Below, piece by piece: positions 53,373-64,000 of a DNA stretch of 64,000 nucleotides. Position 1 is the first letter of the stretch. Each line of letters starts with the position of its first letter. The notes under the pieces were generated by a model that had not been told where the DNA came from, did no database searches, and worked only from the letters and a program-made list of their open reading frames with translations. The DNA is taken from assembly GCA_043228905.1 (NCBI GenBank), contig JBHGNT010000021.1:11594001-11658000 (forward strand). Reading direction: 5' to 3'. Made by a program: the position numbers and the translations under genes. Origin of the DNA: Azolla caroliniana. Its lineage: Eukaryota > Plantae > Polypodiophyta.

Positions 53373-54071
53373 TGTCGTGAAGAAAACCGTCCCTAGGCGG
53401 AAACCGAGTCTAGCATGTGTAAACCGGCCCTTACACGCGAGCACACATTTCATTGTATAGTAAGTAGGTAGGTACAAGTCGGCTGAGGTGAAATCCTAGG
53501 TAGCACGCATTCAATAGGGAGAGAATCAAGGTGTATCTCTGTCTGAAAGGACAGAGAATTAATGTGATGTAACGGATGATAACAACCTCCCTCCTTGGGC
53601 TATAAAAGAGAGGGAGAGGAATGGAAAAGGTATCGCGCGTTAAAGAGGACGAAGTGCTGCCGGACTGGGACCGAGCCCTTCTCCTCTGCCACTCTCCATA
53701 GCCATTTTTGCGTAGGTTTTCGGGAGGCTGACTCTGCTCTGTGGAACGCCCGTGTGCTTCCGGTAGAGTCTCCATCTCGCTCTTTTGTGTGTGAGTGAAT
53801 AAGCGTCGGTGTTCGCCTTGCCGGCCTGTTAGTTGTAACCGTCTTGATATATATATATATTTATATACATACGTGTTCATATACTCAGACTTCTAGTCGT
53901 CTCGTTTAAATGCTGTGTTGTTGGACTGTGATCCTTGTGTGCTCCCGTGTCTATGCGTGTGCAAGTGCGTCCGTTGCCTTTCCGTTCTCCTCCTTCTCAG
54001 CTATTTTTCGGTCCAAGACCCCGGTGGTCCCGCCTCATTCTCCACGCACGCGCGTAACAACGCGACATATG

Positions 54072-54088
54072 TGGTGAACCCGACATGG
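54072..54088 (+). promoter_or_regulatory. tRNA-Trp PBS of F2
   Basis: TGGTGAACCCGACATGG, 4 nt after the LTR end. Confidence 0.85.
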
Positions 54089-54111
54089 ACAAGCGGCAGA
54101 GGAATAGAAAG

Positions 54112-56238
54112 ATGAGGGGGTCGGATATCGCGGAAGCCATGGCTTCGGCTGTGGATCGGATAGTGAGTGCGCGCGAAGGCGCAGGCGCCCTCGATAGGGC
54201 TATTGAAGCGGTCGTCGGCGCGATAGGCTGGTTCGGTGGGAAGGATGCCACGAGCTATTTGGAGGCCTACCGGGCCTAGATGGTAATGAGAGACATTCCG
54301 GAAGAAAGGCGATTGACTGGATTCCCTCGAGTGGCGATGTCGGGCATCCATGCAGAGGTGCTCGAGGTATGGGCTGAGAGCCGGACCTGGGAAGAGTTTG
54401 AAGGTCGGCTCCTCGAAAAATACGGGCTTGATGACGCGCTTTGGCTCTCGAAACGGGACTTCATGGAATGGGTAGAGACCCCCGAAAAGGGGAGAAACAC
54501 GTCGGTGCTCCTCCGGGAGTTTGAAGAACGCTTCGTGCGTCTTTCGGCGCTCGACCGGACCGTACTAGACACAAGTCGCGTCCTGCTGTTCGTTAAGTCA
54601 GTGGATGCGAGGGACCGGGAGCAAGTGGGTCTCCTACTGGAAATTGATGACGGGTTGACGGCCGACTGGGCTGTGGTGAAGAGAGTCTATAGCCGTTTCG
54701 ACAAACAGCGAGAGTGGGTCGATAAAGGATCAACAGGGGCAGGCTCTGTAACAGCAAGGAAACTCGAGCCAACCCCGCCAGCGCAAAGGGAAGAGACCCG
54801 AGACTGGCTCGAGACCAGATCGATTTCGACCGGCATGGTCAAAGGCTCGTCCGGAGGAGCAGCTCTAGAGGAGCTGACTAGGATGGTAAAGGACCTCCAG
54901 ATTGCACAGGCATGGAGGGACGGCGGCGAACAGGCCCGTGACCGAAGGCCTCTGGCTGGAAACCAGTGTTTGTGGTGCGACGCGATCGGCCACGTCCGAA
55001 AGGACTGCGGGGACTTTGCCGAGGCAATGAGAGCCAACGTGGTGTACCTATGGAACGGTCGGGTGCACGCTAGCGAGACCCGAAGGACCCTAGACCTGAA
55101 TGTCAGACGAGGGGGTATGAAATGGCTGATGGTAGAAGTGGTGGCTCGCCAAGCGGAGACCATCCACTACTCGGCGTCGGCTGGGATCCGGGTCGGAGGT
55201 GGTGAGGCCCGGGAGACGAACGAAGCCGAAATCTAGGCCGTTGATGCTGGAAGGCCTCGCCGGCGCACGACTAAGGAAAGAAGAGGCGGACCGCGCGGAA
55301 AAACGGGTCTGGGACGTAACCAGGTGGAGTGACCCGGTCGAAGAGAAGACGGGCTTCGTTGAAGCCGCATGCCAGAACTACGAGGCTCTGGTGGAAGACA
55401 AGCGAGTAGGTAAAACCGGAGGGGCCGGGCCCTCGCAACGGTACGAGACTCGATTCGGTCAAAGGCAAATGAGGCCGGTGCGACCGGCACACCGGATAAA
55501 GCCAAGAAGGCCGGGTACCGGTTGAGCACGGATATCGAAAGGACCATGGACCTACGAAAGGTCTTGGAGGAACGTATCCTCGATTACAAATTGGAGTTGT
55601 CGCTAAGGGAAGTGCTCGGGATCACCAAGAAGGAGTTCCACGACTCCATCGTAGACTTGGTGAAGAGGAAGAGGCTATCGACAGAGCCAGAGCCGGAGAA
55701 GCCGGTGGAAGTGCAAACGATGCACATAGAGGACATGGCGCTAGAAGACGAGTTGGCGGAGAGCCACAATTTGAGGCCGCACTAGGCCAGAGCGACCACG
55801 GAGACCCCTGTTAAGATCGGGGATGTCCAAGAGCCGGTGGTGGCGTTGGTGGACCATGGTTCAGAAATCAACTTGATGTCCATGGACTTCTACAAAAAGG
55901 GGAAATGGCCTATCAACACCAAACACGACTGGAAAATACGGGCAGCGACGCACGCCACGGAAGAACTACATGGAGCCTACCCGAACGTACGGGTGAAAAT
56001 CGGCGATGTCGAGATCGACCAACACTTCTTCGTGTAGGAGACGTCCTCACATCCGGTTATACTAGGGGAACCATACATCACGGCGGCACGGATGGAGACC
56101 AAGGTACTGGACAACAGTTCGGCCTATGCAAGAGTCAAGAGCCAGGACGGGCGTCGCTCGTTCCAGTTCCTGACGGTGCGACCAAACCATGAGCATAACC
56201 ACGAGACCCTCGGTGGCGAAACCCAAGGTGATTTTTAG
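54112..56238 (+). pseudogene. F2 gag-protease
   Basis: MRGSDIAEAMA.., CLWCDAIGHVRKDC, ALVDHGSEINLM; ends GDF*. Confidence 0.9.
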
Positions 56239-56294
56239 AGAGGGCTATCAAGGCGTGGGGCCGCGATAGTCCATACACCCCGAAAAAACCCCAC
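56229..56294 (+). promoter_or_regulatory. Putative -1 ribosomal frameshift signal of F2
   Basis: T GAT TTT TAG; stem 56242-56249 with 56265-56272; loop GTGGGG able to pair with CCCCAC at 56289-56294; the -1 frame is open from 56232 into RT. Confidence 0.72.
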
Positions 56295-59200
56295 AAATGT
56301 ACAATAGGGGAGAAGACCTGTACCATAGGTAGGAAATTTTGGTTCTCCGACAATGGGGGTTGTACGATTGTCGGCGTCGTTGGCCGGGAGAAGAAGAGGG
56401 CGGAGGAGCGACTTCGGGCATGCGGAGTCCTCAGCCCTGGAGAGGAAATCAACGGAGTTGTGGAGACGGTCTCTTTCGACGACACCTTGGGACAGTTACG
56501 AGAGGTGGTCGGAGGAGGCCTTAAAGAGGACCAGACGATTCCGATATGTTCAGAAGGGATGTACGAAGTCATCGCCGAATTTTGTAACGGGCTCGAGTTG
56601 GATTGGACGGCCCAGGTGGACACAAAGTACAAGACTGTGGACCGGAAGGTGAGGCCAGTAGCGGCACCCTTGCCGGAGGGCAGCGAGTTACGAGTAAAGG
56701 GGGGTGCGTCGGACCCGAGTTTGCGAGATCCGGCCAGCATAGGACACACGTTCATCGCTATAACGCTACGAGAGCTCAAGATCGGTGGGGGTGGCTTTCT
56801 ACTGCCGGCGGAAGAGGACCAGTTTCCGAGAACGCTCGGGAGGCACAGGAAGGCTTTCGCGTTCTCACCGGAGGAGATCGGGTGCGTAGACCCGACAGTT
56901 GTGGAACCGATGGTGATCTTCACGGTACTGCATGTGCCATGGAACCTCAAACCGATTCCGGTACCCAGAGCTAACATCCCGAAGCTGATGGAGCTGTTGA
57001 AACAAAAGGTCGAGATGGGCATCCTCGAACCATCGAGTGCCCCATACTCAAATCGGTGGTTTACCATGCCAAAGAAAAACGGCACATTACGTTTTATTCA
57101 AGACCTGCAACTGGTCAACAAGGTGACCATTCGGAACGCAAGAATCGGATCGACCATAGACGAGTTCGCGGAGGCCTTCGCCGAAAGGTCGATTTACTCT
57201 GTCGGTGATCTGTACTCGGTGTACGATCAGTTCCAACTAGTCGTGGAGAGCAGAGACATTACGACGATGCAGACTCCTCTCGGCCTAGTGCGGATGTGTA
57301 CCCTACCACAAGGAGGGACGAACTCGGTGGCTCACATGGTGAACACGATGAACAAAGTGCTTAGGGATTGTATCCCGAACATCACCATGCCATTCTTAGA
57401 AGACATCCCGATCAGGGGATGCCAAGTTGAGGAAAAGGACGAGACAATCGGACCGGACGGATTTTGGAATTTTGTGGCGACTCACATCGATGACTGCGAG
57501 AAGGTGCTGCAGAGACTAGAAGGCGCGAGACTCACCTTCTCCGGGGAGAAATTGGCCTTCGGGCAATCAGAGATCATGGTCGTCGGGCACCTATGCGGAC
57601 CATACGGTCGGAAACCGTCTCCGGCCAAGGTGGAAGCCATCTCCGCGATGAAGCATGACTGCAATTCGGTTACGGAGGTTCGGATATTCTTGGGAGCATG
57701 CGTGTTCTACCATATCTAGATCCCGCATTACACCCACGTCGCGGAGCCGTTGTATGGGTTGCTGAATAAAGGGCGTAAATTCGAGTGGGGAGACGAGCAT
57801 ACGGAGTCAATCCGAAAGATGAAGGAAGCACTTGCCATGGCACCGGCGCTCCGAAAGGCTGTCTATGGCAAAGACACTCCGATTTACGTAACCGTAGACA
57901 CGAGTTCGACCGGGATCGGATGGGTGATCAACCAAGAGGATGACGTTGGCACGAGGTTCCCCATCCGGTTCGGCGCGAAGGTCCTCAGTGCGCGACAGCG
58001 AGGATACGCCCAGGTTAAACGCGAACTCTGGGGTATCGTTTCGGCGGTGAAGGCCGATAAAGACTATCTGATCAGGACAGAGGTAATAATCGAGACGGAC
58101 TGCTTGCCGATTCTCGGCATGGTTTCCGGATGCGCGACACCGGACCTGGCAATGCTCAGGTGGATAGCGTACATCAAGTCCCTGAATCCGGAGATACGAC
58201 ACATTTCCGGAAAAGACAATGCCATGGCCGACATGCTCTTAACGGCGAGGTTCGAAAACGAGGACGGCACGGTTTCGGAGGACGAGGAAGTCGGCGTAGA
58301 TTTCTTCGAGGCGACATACGTGACAACTAGAAAGGGGAGCACTCCGGCACTTTATGAATTCGACGAGAGCAAGTATGACGGGGTGTGACTCCAGATCGGC
58401 GGGCTCCTGAAAACAATGATACCGGACGTGGCGTGGACAAAGGAAAAGACCAACCGGATCCGGAAGGAAGCGTATCGATTCTTCCTTCGGGACGGGTACA
58501 TATGGAAGCACCCGAAGAAGAGGGACGGAATCCCGCTCCGAGTGGTGGCGAAGAAGGAGGAACATGAGGAGTTGCTGGAGGCCTACCACGAGAGTCCCTA
58601 GGCCGGACACCGCGGAATGTGGGCCACGTTCGAGAAGCTAAAGGGGAAGTACTGGTGGCTGGGACTGTACCGGGACGTGCATTGGTTCGTGACGACTTGC
58701 GAAAGCTGTCAGATGCACTCCATAGTCCGACATTGGGACGAGCTTCACCCGACCTACCCCCCGACCTTCCACTTCAAATGGATGGTGGATTTGGTGATTA
58801 TGCCGATGGGGGTAGGACAAATGCGATATCTGGTGCTGGTTCGGGAGGATCTGACAAACCAGGTTGAAGGCCGAGCGCTGCAGAACAAAACAACCACGTC
58901 TGTGTGCTGGTTTCTGATCGAGGACATGATATGTCGATACGGGAGTGTAGGAAAGATTGTGGCTGACCGCGGAGAGTTGGACGCGCAAGAGGCTGAAGAG
59001 TTGTTTGACCGACTAGGGGTCAAACTCTCGCTCACCAAAGCATACAATCCGGAGGCTAACGAGAAGGTGGAGCGCGGACACGGGCCGATCATCAAAGCGC
59101 TAGTGCGGGCGTGTGAAGGCCAAGTCGGGAACTGGCCACGACTACTACCTTATGCCTTGTGGGCGGACCGAACTACGCACAGTTCGGTAACCGAGTTCAT

Positions 59201-59723
59201 ACTAGCAGAGCTTATGTACGAACAAAGGCCGATCATGCCAACAGAGCGAACCATCTCCTCATGGGCCACGATGGACTGGAGAGATGAGATGAGCCGGGAG
59301 GAGCTGCTAGCAGCACGGATTAGACAGCTTGAGCGAAGGCCAGAGGACGTGGAATGAGCCGTAGAGAAGCTTCGGTTGGCAAGGTTGAATAACAAAGGGC
59401 GGTTTGACTGGACTCACCGACTGCGACCGAAGAAAATCGAGGAACGTGACTGGGTCCTAGTGTATGACAACAACCTCGACAACCAACGTAGGGCAACGCG
59501 GAAGTTTGCAAGGAGGTGGTTCGGGCCTTACGTGGTGACAGGCACCAACGACAACGGGACTTACCATCTTGCGGAGCTCGACGGTACGAGGATAGCAATA
59601 CCGGTAGTGGGGAAGAGGGTCAAAGCGTTTAAGAAACGACACGAGTGTGAGCTGGATCTGGAAAGCATGGATGGCGACGACGGGCGGTCCGAGGCGGATG
59701 ACGATTCGGAAGACGAGAAGTAA
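56232..59723 (+). pseudogene. F2 pol (RT, RH, INT)
   Basis: RFIQDLQ, LPQGGTNSVA, VDTSSTGIGW, KWMVDLV, VADRGEL, RRWFGPYVV; several in-frame stops; no chromodomain. Confidence 0.93.
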
Positions 59724-60638
59724 AGCATGGACCGGTTTTCTCCATCAAGAGCCCAATTTTGGCGCATACCGGTGTATGCGCGGTTAGGTGGGGGCGGATG
59801 TCGTGAAGAAAACCATCCCTAGGCGGAAACCAAGTTTAGCATGTGTAAACTGGCCCTTACACGCGAGCACACTTTTCGTTGTATAGTAAGTAGGTAGGTA
59901 TAAGTCGGTTGAGGTGAAATCCTAGGTAGCACACATTCAATAGGGAGAGTATCGAGGTGTATCTCTATGTAACGGATGATAACAGCCTCCCTCCTTGGGC
60001 TATAAAAGAGAGGGAGAGGAATGGAAAAGGTATCGCGCGTTAGAGAGGACGAAGTGCTGCCGGACTGGGACCGAGCCCTTCTCCTCTGCCACTCTCCATA
60101 GCTTTTTTTGCGCAGGTTTTCGGGAGGCTGACTCTGCTCCGTGGAACGGATGATAACAGCCTCCCTCCTTGGGCTATAAAAGAGAGGGAGAGGAATGGAA
60201 AAGGTATTGCGCGTTAGAGAGGACGAAGTGCTGCCGGACTGGGACCGAGCCCTTCTCCTCTGCCACTCTCCATAGCTTTTTTTGCGCAGGTTTTCGGGAG
60301 GCTGACTCTGCTCCGTGGAACGCCCGTGTGCTTCCGGTAGAGTCTCCATCTCGCTCTTCTGTGTGTGAGTGAACAGGCGTCGGTGTTCGCCTTGCCGGCC
60401 TGTTAGTTGTAACCGTCTTGATATATATATATATTTATATACATACGTGTTCATATACTCGGACTTCTAGTTGTCTTGTTTTGCTGTGTTGTTGGACTGT
60501 GATTCTTGTGTGCTCTCGTATTTATGCGTGTGCAAGTGCATCCGTTGCCTTTCCGTTCTCCTCCTTCTCTGCTATTTCTTGGTCCAAGACCCCAGTGGTC
60601 CCGCCTCGTTCTCCACGCACGCGCGTAACAACGCGAGA

Positions 60639-61450
60639 ACGTGACAAAGGTGCTTCAGCGGTTAAACATGTCAAACGCGAAACTGGTCGGATCGACACTT
60701 CTGGCAAACTGCAGATTATCCGGTAAGCAAAACCCGAAGATGAAAGCAGAGAAGGTGGATATGATGAAGGTTCCATATGCCTCTGTCGTCAGGAGCTTAA
60801 TGTACGCAATGGTGTGTACTCGACTGGATATTGGATATGCAGTCGAAGTGGTGAGCCGGTTTATGAGCAATCCCGGCAAGGAGCTCTAGAACGCGGTCAA
60901 ATGGATACTCCGGTACTTGAAGGGCACTTCGAATATTTGACTCCGATTCGACTTCGGTAAAACTCAACTTGACGGTTTTACCGATTCGGATATGTCGGTT
61001 GATGTGGATACTAGCCGTTCTGCTTCCGGGTATGTAATGACATATGCAGGGGGAGCTATTTTGTGGCAGTCGAGGCTGCAAAAGACGGTTGCATTGTCAA
61101 CCACGAAGGCGGAGCACATGGCGGTTGTTGAAGCCGGTAAGGAAATATTATGGATGAAGAACTTCATCAGAGAGCTCAATGTCCGGCAAGATGAATACCG
61201 GCTCTATTGTGACAGTCAAAGTGCCATCCACCTTGCTAAGAACGCAACGTACCATTCCAAGACGAAGCACATCCAGCGTAGGTATCACTGGATCCGGGAG
61301 CGAGTAGAAGATCAATAGTTCACGTTGACGAAGATCCACACAACCGAGAACGGGTCAGATATGCTGACCAAAGTACTGATACCCGACAAGCTGGATGCAT
61401 GTTGGAAGCGGATCATACTAGTAAGACATCCCATGCCGGAGTGAAGGGGG
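60639..61450 (+). pseudogene. Copia J RT C-terminus and RNase H
   Basis: VTKVLQR..KVPYAS..LMYAMVCTR, WQSRLQKTVALSTT, CDSQSAIHLAKN, KHIQRRYHWIRE. Confidence 0.93.
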
Positions 61451-62008
61451 AGTTTGTTAGGAAACAGATCCCTCCGGATGGGATAGGAGTACCCGGCAAC
61501 GGAAGACCCGGTGAGAACCGGATGACGAGTGTCCGGCAAGAGCCGGATGGTGAAGGCCCGGTGAAGACCGGATGACGAGTGCCCGGCAAGAGCCGGATGA
61601 TGCAGGCTGTCGAGACTCGTGGGTAGAAGATAGAGCGAGAGCGAGAGCGAAAGAGAGAGGGTGTGTGTGTGTGTGTGCCTAAGAGAGAGAGAGAGAGAGA
61701 GAGAGTGAGAGAGAGTGAGAGAGATAAGGCTTGAAATAGGAATGAGATTATATTATGATGAAACAAGATTACAATGAGTAAGTTAAGGGCTAAAGACTGG
61801 TGTTGAACCGAATGAGTTGAAACGAATGTATAGACAATTATTTATAGGTCCTTATGGAGTAATCTAGAATGTTCTAGAATATTTTAGATTTTATGATAAG
61901 AAATATAATCATGAAATATTAAAGGATGTTCTACAATAATCTAAAATGTTCTAGAATATTCTAATATCTTGTAATAACTAGAAACATAATTATTATAATC
62001 ACACAACA

Positions 62009-62080
62009 TATATGTTATTACAATGGTTAAGGGTTCAACACATAAACCAAGATGTCGTGGGTTCGATTCTTGATAACCAA
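62009..62080 (+). other. tRNA-derived A/B-box segment in the E2 LTR
   Basis: A-box-like TATTACAATGG at 62016; B box GTTCGATTC at 62061; spacing 45 nt; followed by ..TAACCA. Confidence 0.65.
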
Positions 62081-62114
62081 AATGTTGTCTTCATGACATT
62101 ATCCCCCCCTTTCG

Positions 62115-64000
62115 ATGACGAGTTCCACGAGTCGGAAGACAAGAGTTCGGACTTGGTTTATGGGGATATTTGTCGTGAAATGCAACAGCCATGTTAGAGG
62201 CATTAGCAAGATGCTTGGCAGGCTCCCATGTTCGATCATTAGGTGTATAACCTAACTAATCAACCAAATAATATAGTTTGTTGTGGATGATCTTGGAGTC
62301 GAGAATACAAGTAACCTCATATTCAAAGCCATTGGAAACTTCGATTGGAGGTGGGGGAGGTGTAAGACGACCCGGAATAGAGCTTGTTGTGTAGGGCTCC
62401 AAAAGTGAAACATGGAAGACCGGGTGAAGACGCATATGAGGAGGGAGATCAAGACAAAATGTCACATCATTGATCTTACCAGAGATCATATATGGGTCGA
62501 AACGTTGATAATCCAATTTGTAGCAAGGTCGAGTGGTTTTAATGCTACCTTGTAAGAGCCATACACGATCTCCTACTTGAAATGTAGTCGATGAATCGCG
62601 CCGATGACGATCAGCAATCTTCTTTTGAGTGTTTTGGGCATCACATAAATGATGCAAAAGTATATCTTGAATTTCTTGGAGTCGAGTGAGCCGATCTTCA
62701 GCAGCCAGGTTTTTCGGGAGTTCGGGATGGTCAAACATCGTCCAACGAGGATAGTACCCAATGTTAGCAAAAAATGGGGAATAGCCAGTAGAAGAATGTT
62801 CAGAGTTGTTGTAAGCAAATTCTGCCAAATGTAATAAATCCACCCAATCATCTTGTTGATAGTTGACAAAACAACGTAGATATTGTTCAACTGTTTGGTT
62901 GGTGCGCTCACTCTACCCATTAGTCTCTAGATGGTAGCCGAAAGAGAGTTTACAAGAAGTATGTAGGAGTTTGAACATGTGCCGCCAAAATTTCGAGATG
63001 AATTGGGGACCCCGATCACTGATAATATTATCCGGAAGACCATGATGGCGAAACACCTCCCGCATGAGTAAATCGGTTGTCTCTTGACTAGTGATGGTCT
63101 TCGTGCATGGAAGGAAATGCGCCATCTTCGTAAAACGATCGACTACCGTGAGAATAGAATCAAATCCCTTGGAAGGTGGAAGATCCGTAATAAAGTCCAA
63201 GGAAATAGATTTCCATGGGCTCTCCGGAATAGGCATTGGCTGTAATAGGCCATATGGATTATGTCGAGGCTTTTTTGATCGGCAACATGTATCACAACTA
63301 CGAACATAATCCATAACAAAATGGCAAAGCCGTGGCCACCAATATCGGCGAGAAATCAACTCAAAAGTCTTGTGGATGCCGAAATGTCCAGCCATTGGCG
63401 TGTCATGACATTGTTGCACGACATTGAGTCGAGAAGGACCGTCAGGCACATACAAGAGAGTTTGTCGAAAAAGCAAACCATCATGCCAATTGAACTGGGT
63501 GTAGTCTAGACGAGGATTTTTAGATTGAGAGCTGGAAGCACGATCTGGGATAATATGACTCAAAACCTCTTGGGCGAATGCATCTGTCGCAATCTGCTCC
63601 CGAATGGAATCAAGAAGCCTTGAATCTCCTGGTGTGTTGATAGTATGTATTGCCATTACTCGAAGACGATCAGGACCTAAGAGGATTTGCTTTTGACTTT
63701 CAAATGCGGCCTCTCCTGGTTGAAGTTCCATATACGAACGTCGAGATAAAGCATCTGCTTTTCCTTATTGCATCCCAGGGCGATATAGAATTACAAAATC
63801 AAAACGAGTTAAGAACTGCGCCCAACGAGCTTGTCGACGATTCAAGACTCGAGCACTTTGGAAGTATGTTAGATTTTTGTGATCATTGAAGACAATAATC
63901 TGTTGAGAAGAACCCTCCAAAAAATGACGCCATTGTTGAAAAGAATCCACAATGGCAAGAAGCTCTTTGTTGTGAATCTCATAGTTGATTTCTGCGGCTT
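62115..64000 (-). pseudogene. E2 RNase H, integrase and chromodomain
   Basis: [95 protein letters not shown]. Confidence 0.93.

Larger units (their letters stand above)
53373..60638 (+). mobile_element. Element F2: full-length degenerate tRNA-Trp-primed Gypsy with 4-bp TSD ACGT
   Basis: ACGT at 53369-53372 and 60639-60642; LTRs 53373-54067 and 59799-60638 (the latter with a ~174-bp tandem duplication); PBS at 54072; PPT 59782-59798. Confidence 0.97.
49488..61607 (+). mobile_element. Element J: Tnt1/Tork-like Copia related to C; hosts F2 and E2
   Basis: 5' LTR 49488-50165, PBS TGGTATCAGAGC at 50169-50180, PPT 61437-61454, 3' LTR from 61455 interrupted at 61607; 50-bp U3 repeats (three full units in the 5' LTR, two in the 3' LTR). 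Confidence 0.95.
61608..64000 (-). mobile_element. Element E2: Tf1/Tcn1-like chromovirus (3' LTR 61608-62098, PPT 62099-62112); continues past the window
   Basis: LTR TGTCGAGA...TCATGACA inserted in the J 3' LTR; PPT AAAGGGGGGGATAA on minus. Confidence 0.92.

Noticed and set aside
62009-62080. Functional tRNA gene (also 29722-29790)
   Set aside because: The acceptor and anticodon stems do not pair in register; only the promoter boxes and spacing remain.

Overview
Gene-free, plant-type heterochromatin made almost entirely of nested, decayed LTR retrotransposons; the lineage mix suggests a non-seed land plant such as a fern, lycophyte or bryophyte (inference). Letters A-K are my own labels. 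I resolved about 17 insertions or fragments. (1) A chromodomain Ty3/Gypsy element A (1-26802, minus) hosts most of the left half. (2) Three copies of a short-LTR Ty1/Copia family (G, B, I) have 5-bp TSDs and a ~220-aa basic tail fused after RNase H. (3) Two Tnt1/Tork-like Copia elements (C, J). (4) At least eight pieces of a non-chromodomain Gypsy lineage primed by tRNA-Trp (H, D, F groups). (5) Two Tf1/Tcn1-like chromoviruses (E1, E2). (6) Two solo LTRs and one probable hAT end. No host gene, functional RNA gene, CRISPR array or intact element was found. The most interesting signals are: all six readable insertion sites of the tRNA-Trp Gypsy lineage are 4-bp targets centred on CpG (five read directly, one reconstructed); that lineage has a conserved GATTTTTAG plus pseudoknot -1 frameshift cassette after the protease; the E-family LTRs carry an antisense tRNA-derived A/B-box cassette, and E1 shows Tf1-style self-priming; the Copia Pol tail; and a 163-bp fold-back inside an integrase. 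All boundaries were read by eye; those described as approximate may be off by tens of bases.
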